Of a stretch of DNA of 64,000 nt, positions 28,977-39,723 are shown piece by piece. The stretch comes from Candidatus Eremiobacteria bacterium (lineage in GTDB: Bacteria > Vulcanimicrobiota > Vulcanimicrobiia > Vulcanimicrobiales > Vulcanimicrobiaceae), in assembly GCA_963737065.1 (NCBI GenBank), contig CAVTRC010000001.1, positions 2,368,001 to 2,432,000 of the forward strand. Reading direction: 5' to 3'. The translations under genes were made by a program, and so were the position numbers. How positions within the stretch are numbered: the first letter of the stretch is position 1; every line of letters starts with the position of its first letter. The notes under the pieces are model-generated. The model worked only from the letters and a program-made list of their open reading frames with translations. It was not told the DNA's origin and did not search any database.

Positions 28977-30313
28977 ATAGCCTGCCTCCGGGAACCGTCG
29001 TTCGGACCGTCAGCGAGTTCACGAGTGGGCTCACGAAATGGTTCTTGAATCAAACGGCCTTTCGCGGTGCGGCGATCAGCGGTGAGATCTCAGGACTGAA
29101 AGAAACGAGCGGCGGCCATTTGACGTTCGCGTTGAAGGACCGCGGCGCCGTTCTGAACTGCATCCTCTGGCAAAGCCGCGTGCGGCTCGTGCCGGCGCTG
29201 AAAAACGGCATCTCGGTTGTAGCCGTCGGAAATGTCGAATTGCGCGGCGAGTATAGCTCGTATCAAATGATCGTCGATACGGTGCAATTGACCGGCATCG
29301 GCGATCTTTTCGCGAAATTCGAGGCGCTCAAAGAGCAGTTTCGCGTCGAAGGGCTGTTTGAACCGGCACGCAAGCGCCGCGTCCCGGCGTTCGTGCGCAG
29401 CGTCGCGCTGATTTCCGCGCCATCGAGTAAAGCATCGGAAGATTTCTCGCACACGATGCGCTCGAAGGCACCGTTCGTGCGCGTGTACTTCATCGCGACT
29501 CGCGTCCAGGGGCAAGGAGCCGACGTCGATATTCGCGAGGCGTTCGACCGAGCCGATCGCATGGATGTCGACGCGGTGGTGTTGACGCGCGGCGGCGGTT
29601 CGTATGAAGATCTCTTCACATTTAACGAGGAGGTCGTCGTCCGCGCGATCGTGCGCTCGCGTCACCCGGTGATCACGGCAATCGGGCATCAAGAAGATCA
29701 CCATCTTGCCGACGACGTTGCCGATGCCGTCTACGGAACACCGTCGAAAGCGGCGGACGCTATCGCGCAGGCGTGGCTCGATGTCCGCGAGCGCATCACG
29801 CGCGCCAATCGCGATCTGAATCGTGCGCTTGAAACGGCGCTTGGAACGAAGTCCCAGTCGGTGTCATGGAGAACCGGGAATCTCCACGTCGTCGCGCGCT
29901 CGCGCCTCGGCGCCGAAGAGCGGCGCTTCGTTCAGCTCGAACGCCGTCTCCACGCGCAGAATCCGGTGCAACGCCTTTCCCTGGCTCGCGAGCGGCTCAC
30001 GCGAGCGCGAGCCAACCTCGATCAGTTTCCTTCGCGTTTGACGCACCTGCAAACCGTTTGTGAGACGCGCGTGTCCCGGCTCGATCCGACGTGGCAGCGA
30101 TCGCTGCAACTGCGGACGCACCGTGTACGCATGTCGGCGACGCTGTTAGACGGTCTAGACCCGAATGCACCGCTCGCTCGCGGCTATGCAATGATCTTCC
30201 GGGACGGGCAATTGGTTCGTTCGGCAACTGACGTGGCCGCCGGTGCGAACATCGTCGCGCGTCTCGGGCGCGGAAGGCTCGAAGCTCGCGTCGAAGCAAC
30301 GCGCGATGAATAG
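28973..30313 (+). CDS. xseA: Exodeoxyribonuclease VII large subunit
   Basis: GEISG, RGGGSYEDLFTFN, AIGHQED, LARGYA. Confidence 0.95.
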   Translation: MNSLPPGTVVRTVSEFTSGLTKWFLNQTAFRGAAISGEISGLKETSGGHLTFALKDRGAVLNCILWQSRVRLVPALKNGISVVAVGNVELRGEYSSYQMIVDTVQLTGIGDLFAKFEALKEQFRVEGLFEPARKRRVPAFVRSVALISAPSSKASEDFSHTMRSKAPFVRVYFIATRVQGQGADVDIREAFDRADRMDVDAVVLTRGGGSYEDLFTFNEEVVVRAIVRSRHPVITAIGHQEDHHLADDVADAVYGTPSKAADAIAQAWLDVRERITRANRDLNRALETALGTKSQSVSWRTGNLHVVARSRLGAEERRFVQLERRLHAQNPVQRLSLARERLTRARANLDQFPSRLTHLQTVCETRVSRLDPTWQRSLQLRTHRVRMSATLLDGLDPNAPLARGYAMIFRDGQLVRSATDVAAGANIVARLGRGRLEARVEATRDE

Positions 30314-30512
30314 CGACTCATCGAATTCGTTCGAGTCGAAGTTGGCGCGAATCGACGCGATCGTCAAGGAACTCGAGACCAATCAGGTTCCGTTGGATCG
30401 CGCGATCGAGCTGTTCAAGGAAGGTAAGACGCTCTCGCGTGAGTGTGAGAGCATGCTGAAGACCGCGCAAGAGCAAGTCGACCGCGCAATGAGCGATGGC
30501 GGAACGACTTGA
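30306..30512 (+). CDS. xseB: Exodeoxyribonuclease VII small subunit
   Basis: [16 protein letters not shown]...LFKEG...L..AQEQV. Confidence 0.93.
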   Translation: MNSDSSNSFESKLARIDAIVKELETNQVPLDRAIELFKEGKTLSRECESMLKTAQEQVDRAMSDGGTT

Positions 30513-31278
30513 TGAAGTCGTTGCTGCCCGAACCGGCGTAAGCCGATCGCAGGCGCGCAGCCTCATCATGGAGGGACGCGTGCGCGTCAACGGCGTGCGG
30601 GCGACGAAGGCGGGGCAAAGCGTGCGCGCCGACGTTAGGATCGACGTCGAGCGTCCGCGTCCGTTCGTGAGCCGTGGAGGTGAGAAGCTCGACCACGCGC
30701 TCGATGTATTTGCGTTCGACGTTCGCGGACTCGACGTGCTCGACGTTGGGGCCTCGACCGGTGGCTTCACCGATTGCCTGTTGCAGCGCGGCGCAGCACG
30801 CGTGACCGCGGTCGACGTCGGCTACGGACAACTCGATTGGAAGTTGCGTAACGATGCACGCGTCACCGTTGTAGAACGTACAAATTTCCGGACGCTGCCG
30901 GACAACGCGTATCCCGGCGGCTTCGACGCGATCGTCATCGATACGTCGTTTATATCGCTCCGAACGATTCTCACGCGGGCGCGAACGTTTTTGCGTCCCA
31001 ACGCGCACATCATCGCGCTCATTAAACCCCAGTTCGAAGCGGGACGGGAACGCCTCGGCCGCGGTGGCGTCGTTCGCGATCCGTCGGTTCACCGCGACGT
31101 GCTGCGCGAACTGCGCGATGCCGCGCTGGAGCTGGGGCTCTCCATCGTTGCATTGACCGCATCGCCGCTGCTTGGGCCGGCCGGGAACCGCGAGTTTCTC
31201 GGCGACTTCCGCGCCGGAGGACTTCCGGTCGACGACAAGCGGATAGATGAAGTCGTCGGCGAAGGCGGTTCGGAATGA
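30496..31278 (+). CDS. tlyA: TlyA family rRNA 2'-O-methyltransferase
   Basis: [33 protein letters not shown]. Confidence 0.95.
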   Translation: MAERLDEVVAARTGVSRSQARSLIMEGRVRVNGVRATKAGQSVRADVRIDVERPRPFVSRGGEKLDHALDVFAFDVRGLDVLDVGASTGGFTDCLLQRGAARVTAVDVGYGQLDWKLRNDARVTVVERTNFRTLPDNAYPGGFDAIVIDTSFISLRTILTRARTFLRPNAHIIALIKPQFEAGRERLGRGGVVRDPSVHRDVLRELRDAALELGLSIVALTASPLLGPAGNREFLGDFRAGGLPVDDKRIDEVVGEGGSE

Positions 31279-32141
31279 AGGTCGCGCTCGAGCGCAAGCT
31301 GGTTACGCTCTACGTCGACGCCACGCGCGAGACCGCGCGTACGCTCGCGCAGTCGGTTGCTGCGTCGTTTACCGAGAGCGGATACGAGATCGCCTCATGG
31401 AAGGGCGCTCCGTCAATTCAAGAGCTAACGACGAGCAGGGCGGCACATGAAGCATCACTGTTCGTCACGATCGGCGGCGACGGCACGCTGTTGCGCGCCG
31501 CGCGCGTTGCGACGGAATGCGATTGTCCGTTGCTCGGCATCAACACCGGAAGGCTTGGCTTTTTAACGGAGCTGGACTACGCTGATCCACGCATTGCGCG
31601 GCTGCCCGGACTGATCGAAGAGGGACTCTTCATCGACGAGCGTATCGCGCTGCTTGCGGAATACGGCGGCCATTCATTCTTCGCGCTCAATGACGTGGTC
31701 GTGCGCAAAGGGGACGTTTCGCGTATCGTGCCTTTCGGACTGAGTCTCGATGGCGAACACATCGCGGACATTCCCGCCGACGGCGTGTGCATTGCCACTC
31801 CGACCGGCTCCACCGCGTACTTTCTCTCTGCCGGCGGCTCGATTATATCGCCGCGTGTCGATGCGTTCGGCATCGTACCGCTCTTGCCGCACACGCTCTT
31901 TTCGCGACCGCTCATCGTGCCCGCTTCTTCACACATTGAAATCACGTGTGATTCGGAAGTCGCGCACGCCCATCTCGAATGCGACGGCGACGTGCTCGCG
32001 GAGATCGGGCCGGATACGGTCGTTGCCGTGAAGCGCCATCCCAAGCGCGTGCGTTTCGCGCGTCTTTCTCCTCTGCGATTCTTCGAACGCCTCGGAGAAA
32101 AAATGAGCTGGGGCCTTTCCATAAAGGGCGCACAGCGGTAA
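31275..32141 (+). CDS. nadK: NAD kinase
   Basis: [29 protein letters not shown]. Confidence 0.95.
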   Translation: MKVALERKLVTLYVDATRETARTLAQSVAASFTESGYEIASWKGAPSIQELTTSRAAHEASLFVTIGGDGTLLRAARVATECDCPLLGINTGRLGFLTELDYADPRIARLPGLIEEGLFIDERIALLAEYGGHSFFALNDVVVRKGDVSRIVPFGLSLDGEHIADIPADGVCIATPTGSTAYFLSAGGSIISPRVDAFGIVPLLPHTLFSRPLIVPASSHIEITCDSEVAHAHLECDGDVLAEIGPDTVVAVKRHPKRVRFARLSPLRFFERLGEKMSWGLSIKGAQR

Positions 32142-32248
32142 TGATGCGACAGATTTTCTGCCGTCGCGTCGCCGGAGATATCGTCATGGACGATAGTCCA
32201 CTTCGGGTCTTCCCGGCTTAGCGACGACCCAAAATCCGCGCATCATTG
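32140..32248. repeat. ~110 bp imperfect inverted repeat / structured element filling the nadK-recN spacer
   Basis: aatgatgcgacagattttctgccgtcgc pairs with gcgacgacccaaaatccgcgcatcatt; nested inner stems. Confidence 0.6.
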
Positions 32249-32257
32249 AGCGGGCAT

Positions 32258-33925
32258 ATGTTGCGAAGATTAGAGATCAGAAATTACGGGTTGATCGAGG
32301 CGGCCGAAATCGAGTTTTCGGATGGCGCTACGGTTTTTACCGGTGAAACGGGCTCGGGAAAAACCATGGTTCTCGGCGCGCTCGCAAGCGCGCTCGGAGC
32401 GCGCGCGAATGCCGATGTCGTGCGACGCGGCGCAGCGCGCGCAATCATTACGCTTGCGTTCGAGCCGGACGATGCGTTGCGCGAACGGATGACTGCCGAC
32501 GGATTCGAAGTCGACCCCGGTGAAGAGTCGACGCTCGTCCGCGAGATCGGCGAGAACGGGAAGTCGAGCGTCCGCGTCAACGGCCGCACCGCGACCGCGA
32601 GCTACGTCCGCGAGCTCGCGCCGCTGATCGCAGAAATCGTCGGCCAGCACGAGGCGCAACGGCTTCTCTCTCCGGTGTATCATCTCGAACTCGTGGACCG
32701 CTTCGGCGGCGACGACGTACGATCCGCGCGCGTCGCGGTTCGCGCCGCATACGACGCGCTCGTCGACGTAACGCGCGAACTGAACCGGTTGAGCGCGGAC
32801 GAACGCCGCGCGCAGGAACGCTACGAGGACGCAAAGTACGCGCTCGAAGAACTGGAGCTCCTTGCGCCGATTCCCGGCGAAGACGAGCGCCTGACGGAGC
32901 GGCGGCGATTTCTCGATAACATCGAGCGCATTGCCTCTTCGCTTAGAGCGGCGCACGAGGCGCTTACGTCGGATGACGCCGGCGCCGGGACATCGGTCGG
33001 GGCTGCCGCGGCGGCGCTGCACGGAATCGCCGAGATGAGCGGCGCGCTCGCCGAGATGCACGTCCAAGCGGCGGCACTACAAAGCGAGGTCAACGAACTC
33101 GCGACCGCAATCGCGCGCGAACTCGATGCCTCGGAATTCGAGCCGCAAGAACTCGAAACGATCAACGCTCGGCTCGACGCGCTCGATCGCGCGAAGCGAA
33201 AATACGGCGCGACGACCGACGCTCTCATCGCGCACGCGGAGCAGGCGCGAGACATCGTTGCCGAATTCGAAGGCAAAGACGCGCGCACCGCGGAGTTGAC
33301 GCGCGCGGTTGCGCAAGCGCATGCCGCGCTCGAAACGAGTGCGGAAAGACTCTCCAACCTGCGCGCCTCATCCGCGAAGCGTTTGTGCGCCGCCGTCACG
33401 CACGAATTGAAGGATCTTGCGCTCGGTTCCGCGCGATTCGAGATTTCGCTCGAGTCGCTTCACCCGATCGGTCCGGAAGGCGCGGAGAGCCTAGAATTTA
33501 CCTTTGCGGCCAACGCCGGTGAAGCGTTGCGTCCCCTCACGCGCATTGCGTCCGGCGGCGAACTCTCGCGCGTGCTGCTCGCGCTCGTCGTTGCGCTTGC
33601 CTCCACACGCGAGCGCGTGGCGCTCGTCTTCGACGAGATCGATGCCGGTGTGGGCGGAGCGACGGCCACCGCGGTCGGCGCGCGTCTCGGCCGCCTCGCG
33701 CAAGACGGTCAAGTGATGTGCGTGACGCATCTCGCGCAGCTTGCGACCTGGGCGAACCGTCATTACACGCTGGAAAAAAACGAACGGCGCGGCGCGACGA
33801 CGATAGCGCTTCGTGAAGTCATCGGTGAAGAGGCGCGGGCCGTGGAGCTTGCGCGGATGCTTTCAGGAGAATCGCACGCTGTCGCACTCCAGCATGCGCG
33901 CACGCTGATGAAAGCCGCGAGATGA
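32258..33925 (+). CDS. recN: DNA repair protein RecN
   Basis: TGETGSGKT, ASGGELSRVLLAL, FDEIDAGVGG, VTHLAQLA. Confidence 0.96.
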   Translation: MLRRLEIRNYGLIEAAEIEFSDGATVFTGETGSGKTMVLGALASALGARANADVVRRGAARAIITLAFEPDDALRERMTADGFEVDPGEESTLVREIGENGKSSVRVNGRTATASYVRELAPLIAEIVGQHEAQRLLSPVYHLELVDRFGGDDVRSARVAVRAAYDALVDVTRELNRLSADERRAQERYEDAKYALEELELLAPIPGEDERLTERRRFLDNIERIASSLRAAHEALTSDDAGAGTSVGAAAAALHGIAEMSGALAEMHVQAAALQSEVNELATAIARELDASEFEPQELETINARLDALDRAKRKYGATTDALIAHAEQARDIVAEFEGKDARTAELTRAVAQAHAALETSAERLSNLRASSAKRLCAAVTHELKDLALGSARFEISLESLHPIGPEGAESLEFTFAANAGEALRPLTRIASGGELSRVLLALVVALASTRERVALVFDEIDAGVGGATATAVGARLGRLAQDGQVMCVTHLAQLATWANRHYTLEKNERRGATTIALREVIGEEARAVELARMLSGESHAVALQHARTLMKAAR

Positions 33926-34833
33926 AGATTTCGCGTAACGGCGAGGCCGCGACCGTACGAGCCGCCGGCAACGACGTTGCGCTGACGAATCTCAATAAGG
34001 TGTTCTTTCCGAAGACCGGAGCAACGAAGCGCGATCTGCTGCAATACTATGCCGATGTGTCGACGTATCTGCTGCCGCACGTAGCGCATCGCGCGATGGT
34101 GATGAAACGCTATCCGAACGGTGCCGAGGGCGATTTCTTCTTTATGAAGCGCACGCCGTCACCGCATCCCGATTGGCTGGAAACGTGCAGCATCGAGCAC
34201 GCATCGGGGAGCGTCATCGCCTTTCCTATGGCAAACGATCTCGCGTCGCTGCTCTGGATCGTCAACCTCGGATGCATCGATCTCAACCAGTGGTATGCAA
34301 CGTGCGACGACATCAACCGTCCGGACTACGTGCACTTCGATCTCGATCCCGGAAGCGCGGAGTTCGATCGCGTTCGGGAAACGGCGCTACTCGTTCGCGA
34401 CGGTCTTGCGGCGCTGGGACTGACGAGTTACGCCAAGACGTCCGGTTCGAAAGGTATTCACGTGTACGTACCGATCGTGCGCGGGCCGTTGCAGAAAGAC
34501 GTTTGGCGTTTTGCAAAAGCATTTTCGGTCGCGCTCGCGCGACACGAACCGGCCCTCATGACGTCGGAGTATCGCAAGGAAAAGCGCCCTCCCGGACGCG
34601 TGCTCGTCGATTACAATCAGAACCGGTGGGGCGCGACGCTTGCATCGGTATATTCGGTTCGCCCCACCCCGCTTGCAACGGTGTCCGCGCCCGTAACGTG
34701 GGATGAAATCCAAGCCGGCATCGAGATCGAACGTTTTCGCATGGACAACATGGCGGAGCGCATTGCACGCGTAGGTGATCTCTGGAAGCCGCTGTGCGCA
34801 AAGCGCGGACGTTTCACGCTCCCGCAGATCTAG
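33922..34833 (+). CDS. Stand-alone LigD-type primase-polymerase (Prim-PolC-like)
   Basis: LTNLNKVFFP, RYPNG, FDLDP, KTSGSKGIHVYVP, DYNQN, YSVR. Confidence 0.93.
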   Translation: MKISRNGEAATVRAAGNDVALTNLNKVFFPKTGATKRDLLQYYADVSTYLLPHVAHRAMVMKRYPNGAEGDFFFMKRTPSPHPDWLETCSIEHASGSVIAFPMANDLASLLWIVNLGCIDLNQWYATCDDINRPDYVHFDLDPGSAEFDRVRETALLVRDGLAALGLTSYAKTSGSKGIHVYVPIVRGPLQKDVWRFAKAFSVALARHEPALMTSEYRKEKRPPGRVLVDYNQNRWGATLASVYSVRPTPLATVSAPVTWDEIQAGIEIERFRMDNMAERIARVGDLWKPLCAKRGRFTLPQI

Positions 34834-35025
34834 CAGGCTGACGGTTTATCAGCCGCATACCGTGTGAGCTATGCAACCGTCTGCTCGCTTTGCAGACGCG
34901 CAATTCAAACGCGCGCGCAATAGGACGTATTGCCCTATGTGCGCTCCCTTTTCAGCAGTCTAAGGGAACGTTAAGCTTTGCTACGCTGAATGCGTTTTCT
35001 CTTGCATTGTCGGAGCTCGGCATAT

Positions 35026-36664
35026 ATGAAGTCGCGTCTTGCTGCGGTACTCGCCTTTTTTGCGCTTTCGCTTGCCGCTTGCGGCGGCGGAGGAGGCGGC
35101 GGCACGCTGCCAAGCGGCCCGCAGCCGGGAGGTTCTCCGACGCCGCCCCAGTCCACGCCGACGGTAAAGCCCTCCACGGGACCCACCCAAATACCGACGT
35201 CGGGCCCGACGCAGTCACCGACAACCGGCCCGACGACGAAGCCGACGACCGGACCCACGACGAAGCCTACCACGGGACCCACGTCTTCGCCGACGACGAA
35301 ACCGACGACCGGGCCGACGCCGACAACAAAACCTACGATCGCGCCGACACCCACGCCGACGCAGTCCTCAACACCGTCGCCGACGCAGTCGTATTACCCA
35401 CCGGATCCCCCGTCGGTGCTCACGAGCACGTACGGGAAGATCGGTCTCGCGCAGATCTTCGACTACTATCCGTCGGACAATACGAACATTCCGACGTCAC
35501 AAGCGCAAGCGGATGCACACCGGTATAACTTCGTGTGGGGATCGTTCCCCACGCAAAGCGACCCGAACCGTCCGTCGGCGTGGCGCCAAGGTAATGCTTC
35601 GATTCTCGTGAGCCGCTATTACATCATCGAAGAAGACAACGTCATCTTGTCGGGAAACAACCTTGCGTGGTTCCAGCAGAATCATCCGGATTGGATTTTG
35701 TATGCGTGCAATTCGTCGGGACAAATGACGAACGACTACGCGTACGACCCGGGCGTGGGTTTTCCCGACGTGCCGCTCAACTTCGAGAATCCGGCCGTGA
35801 AGCAGTATCAGGTGCAAGGCCTCATCAATTACGCGAAAGCGAACGGCTACAACGCAATCGCGCTCGATCAAGTTATCTTCTCGAACTTCATGGTCGGTGG
35901 TAATCCGAAGCTCGGGCAGACTGAGAACACGAGCGAGTACGCGTGCGGTACGCGCAACAACGATGGAACGGCGAATATCATCTATAGCGGAAAAACGGAT
36001 CCGAAGTTCACGTCCGACATATTGTCCTGGGTCGCATACGCCTATCAGCAAGCGCACACGGCGGGCCTCGACGTCGCGGTCAACCATCCGCTGGGAAGCG
36101 CGACGAACTCGAACGAAACCACGCTGATGGCCAATACGGACATCATGCTCGACGAGCCGGGCTTCTCCGACTACGGAAAGAGCGCAGTTCACCAATCCGG
36201 GCGTTTACAACACCGCATACACATACATGGAAGCCGTGCAGTCGCGCGGTAAAGCGATGGTCGACATCGATCGCTGGGCCAATGACGGCTCAGCTCCTAC
36301 GAACGCTCACGCGGAATACGGCACCGCAACGTATGCGTTGACGAACGAAGGCAACCTCGATCTCTACCAGATCGGAGCGATTGGGCCGGGGTACGGTTAC
36401 GGCGCGGAAAGCTACTTCCAAGCATATCAAACGGCTCTCGGTCCGCCGTGCACCGCGGCGCAGAACGGCGGCGGGGCGATCCGTTATCGCCGGTTCGCGA
36501 ACGGTCTCGTGGTGGCAAACGTTGGAGCGACGTCTGCGCAAACATACACCTTACCGGGCAATCACTCGTACAGCGACGTCTTCGGACGGCCGGTGAGTAA
36601 TCCGCTCTCGGTTAATTCCGAAGACGCGTACGTTCTCGTGACGAGTGGGAATGGATGCCAATAG
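35026..36664 (+). CDS. Lipoprotein with Thr/Pro linker and putative glycoside hydrolase-like domain; +1 frameshift near 36178
   Basis: LAAC lipobox plus poly-Gly, TTGPTTKP repeats, HPDWILY, GYNAIALD, RRFANGLVVAN; two ORFs joined across one extra base. Confidence 0.65.
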
Positions 36665-36671
36665 TTAGACG

Positions 36672-37700
36672 ATGAACTTGCCCATCGTACCGCCCTACGA
36701 GCCGATGGAGATGACGCAAGTCGAGCGCATCCCTGACGGACCGCAGTGGGAGTACGAACCGAAATGGGACGGATTTCGAGCACTCGTTTTTCGCGACGAT
36801 CACAACGTCGAGGTTCAATCAAAGTCGGGACAGCCGCTCGCACGATACTTTCCGGAGATCGTCGAGCGGGTCCGCGCGCTTGCGGCACGCCGGTTTGTGC
36901 TCGACGGTGAATTGATGGTGCAGATCGGTGACGAGCTTTCGTTCGACGCGCTCTTGCAACGCATTCATCCGGCCGAGACGCGCATTGCCCGGCTTGCGAA
37001 GGAAACGCCTGCGCGTCTCGTCGTCTTCGATATTCTCGTCGATGCGGACGGCAACGATCTCACGGGGCAAACGCTCGACGTACGTCGCGAAACGCTCGAA
37101 GCGTTTGCGAAGCGATATTTCAAAGCCGACGATCCCGCATTGTCGCCCGCGACGTACGATCGCGCGGTGGTTGACGCGTGGTTTGCGCATGTCGGAAACG
37201 CGCTCGACGGTGTCGTCGCAAAGCGTCGCGATCTCCCGTACGCCGGCGGCACGCGCGGCGCGGCGGTGAAGATTAAGAACCTGCGCAGCGCGGATTGCGT
37301 CGTCGGCGGCTATCGATTGAACAAGGACAAGAGCGGCGTTGGGTCGCTTTTACTCGGGCTCTACGACAACGAAGGCAAGCTGAATCACGTCGGCTTCACC
37401 TCCGGTTTTAAGACGCGCGAACGCAGCCCGCTACTCAAGCAGCTGCGTGAATTGGAAAAACCGCCCGGCTTTACCGGCAGCGCCCCCGGGGGACCGAGCC
37501 GTTGGCGACAAACCGAAGAACCATGGTTTCCGCTCGATCCCAAGCTCGTAGTGGAAGTGCAGTACGATCACATCACCGGCAATCGCTTCCGTCACGGAAC
37601 CAAGCTCTTGCGTTTTCGTCCCGACAAGGCGCCGCGTCAGTGCACGATGGACCAGCTACGTATCGACGAAGCCGCATCACCTCTGCAATTCCTCAGGTAA
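36672..37700 (+). CDS. ligC: ATP-dependent DNA ligase, LigC-like
   Basis: YEPKWDGFR, LDGE, DGVVAKR, ADCVVGGYR, PGGPSRW, RFRHG. Confidence 0.92.
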   Translation: MNLPIVPPYEPMEMTQVERIPDGPQWEYEPKWDGFRALVFRDDHNVEVQSKSGQPLARYFPEIVERVRALAARRFVLDGELMVQIGDELSFDALLQRIHPAETRIARLAKETPARLVVFDILVDADGNDLTGQTLDVRRETLEAFAKRYFKADDPALSPATYDRAVVDAWFAHVGNALDGVVAKRRDLPYAGGTRGAAVKIKNLRSADCVVGGYRLNKDKSGVGSLLLGLYDNEGKLNHVGFTSGFKTRERSPLLKQLRELEKPPGFTGSAPGGPSRWRQTEEPWFPLDPKLVVEVQYDHITGNRFRHGTKLLRFRPDKAPRQCTMDQLRIDEAASPLQFLR

Positions 37701-37785
37701 GAGCCGTTCCCGCTCTCTTCCCGGCTGCTTCATAGCGGTCGCCTATCATCATGCGCATTACGCACGATGTAAGATAGAGGGTGCG

Positions 37786-38286
37786 ATGACGGGCAACATC
37801 ATCCACGCATCGGCGCTCGTCCGGTGTCCCTTTTCCGTATCGATTGAAATGATGGCGCGAGCGCTGCGCGAGCGACATGACATCATCGTTTCGCCGATGC
37901 GCGGCCTGCGTGAGCGGGTGCACGTCGGTTGGGCGATCGTCGACGATTTCACAGATGAATGCCGTCGCCATGATGCGCTCACGATCTATTGGAAACCCGA
38001 GCACCGGACGTTTCCGTCGTTCTCCGGAACGCTTACCGTTCGGCCCCATTTCCGGAACGTGAACGTACGGATCACGGGCTGTTACGAGCCACCCGCCGGC
38101 GGCGTGGGCCGGCTCTTCGACCGCATGGCCGGACGGCATATTGCACGCCTGACGCTTCGCCGCCTGATCCGCAGCCTTGCGCGCGACGCCGAATCACGGT
38201 ATCTCGTGTATCTTCAGGAGATTCGTGCCGCCACCGCCTACGGGCATGCCGGTCGTGAACGCGATGAGGTCCTTCGGACGCACTAA
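37786..38286 (+). CDS. Hypothetical protein (possible SRPBCC-like fold)
   Basis: AGAGGG SD; FPSFSGTLTVRP...GCYEPPAGGVGRLFDRMAGRHIA. Confidence 0.6.
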   Translation: MTGNIIHASALVRCPFSVSIEMMARALRERHDIIVSPMRGLRERVHVGWAIVDDFTDECRRHDALTIYWKPEHRTFPSFSGTLTVRPHFRNVNVRITGCYEPPAGGVGRLFDRMAGRHIARLTLRRLIRSLARDAESRYLVYLQEIRAATAYGHAGRERDEVLRTH

Positions 38287-39627
38287 CCCGGCTTGCGTCA
38301 TACGCTGCTCGGTCATATACAGCAGCACGTCGATCGATGAGTAGTGATCGATCAACAGCGATTCGACGCCCCACAACAGCGACAATCTGCGTGCGACTTC
38401 GGGTGTCGGCGTGAGTGCGATGATGCGCGCGCGCGGACGAAACGCCGCAATGTGATGCGCGGTGTTGCCGGTCGTCGTGCCGGTGACGATGAACGGAATA
38501 AACAGTTCGTCGCTCGCGCGCGTTGCCGCTTCGGCGATTGACGTTGCGATCGTCGGGCTCACGCCCGCTAAGCGGCGGTCGCGCAGCATGACATGCGGGT
38601 AATTTTTCTCGACTTCGCGTGCGATCTCGGCCATCGTGCGTACCGCTTCCATTGGAAAGTGACCGCGCGCCGTTTCGCCCGAAAGCATCACCGCGTCAGT
38701 CCCATCCAGAATGGCGTTCGCAACGTCGGTTACTTCCGCACGCGTCGGCTTTGAACTGAACGTCATGGATTCCAGCATCTGCGTCGCGGTGATGACCGGT
38801 TTGCTCGCGCGATTGCATTTCGCGATGATCGCTTTTTGCACGAGCGGGACTTGTTCGAGTGGGATCTCGATACCGAGGTCTCCACGCGCGACCATGACGC
38901 CGTCGGCAGCGTCGATGATGTTCTCGAGATCTTCGAGTGCTTCGTGCTTCTCGATCTTGGCGAGCACCGGAACGTTGCGTCCGCGCTCGTTCATGAACGC
39001 CTTGACGCGGTTGATGTCTTCCGCGGTTCGGACGAATGATACCGCAACGTAGTCTACGCCGTGATCCAATCCGAAGGCGAGGTACTCAAAATCGCGCTCG
39101 GTCACCGACGTGATGTTCAGCGAGCCGTCCGGATAGTTGATGCCCTGCTGCGAGCGTAAATCGCCGCCGAATTCCACGGTCGTTTCGATCTCGGTTGTCG
39201 ACTTTCCGATGATGCGCAGCGTGATCTGCCCGTCTTGCAGATAGATACGGTTGCCGATCGACACGTCAAGCGGAAGATCTTTGTACTGCACCGCGATGCG
39301 TTCGTTCGTGCCCGGAACCTCGCCCGTCGTCAGTACGAAGCGCTGACCGCGCTCGAGACGCACCGACGTCAGGCCGTCCTCGAGCTTCCCGGTGCGCACT
39401 TTGGGACCCGGAAGATCTTGCAGGATCGCGGTGTGAATGCCGAGCTCTTCGGAGATTCTGCGCGCGGTTGCGATCGCTTCGGCGTGCTCCGGTGGAGTAC
39501 CGTGCGAGAAATTTAAGCGCAAGACGTTTGCGCCGCTGATGAATAGCGAACGCATCACGGCGGATTCGCGCGATGCAGGCCCGATCGTTGCAACGATCTT
39601 CGTGCGCTTTTGCAGGACGGTTTCCAT
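38194..39627 (-). CDS. pyk: Pyruvate kinase
   Basis: RTKIVATIGPAS, RLNFSHG, MVARGDLGIE, ATQMLESM, MLSGETA. Confidence 0.97.
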   Translation of the reverse strand: METVLQKRTKIVATIGPASRESAVMRSLFISGANVLRLNFSHGTPPEHAEAIATARRISEELGIHTAILQDLPGPKVRTGKLEDGLTSVRLERGQRFVLTTGEVPGTNERIAVQYKDLPLDVSIGNRIYLQDGQITLRIIGKSTTEIETTVEFGGDLRSQQGINYPDGSLNITSVTERDFEYLAFGLDHGVDYVAVSFVRTAEDINRVKAFMNERGRNVPVLAKIEKHEALEDLENIIDAADGVMVARGDLGIEIPLEQVPLVQKAIIAKCNRASKPVITATQMLESMTFSSKPTRAEVTDVANAILDGTDAVMLSGETARGHFPMEAVRTMAEIAREVEKNYPHVMLRDRRLAGVSPTIATSIAEAATRASDELFIPFIVTGTTTGNTAHHIAAFRPRARIIALTPTPEVARRLSLLWGVESLLIDHYSSIDVLLYMTEQRMTQAGLVRPKDLIAFTTGMPVGGGGTNLLKIHEIP

Positions 39628-39723
39628 GTCGGCTCTCACGGTGCGCGTCGACACACACGGGCTCCTGCGAAGTGCTTTTGAAAAAGAGGGGTCGACAAAT
39701 CGCGACGCAATTTGGGGAACTGC

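Noticed and set aside
35160..35390. Periodic repeats (also 17520-17770 and 14535-14605) as a possible CRISPR array
   Set aside because: In-frame degenerate Pro/Thr coding repeats without unique spacers; no cas genes in the window
38194..38286. 93-bp convergent overlap of pyk and a hypothetical gene as antisense regulation
   Set aside because: Simply explained by stop-codon loss or run-on of the hypothetical ORF; no further support
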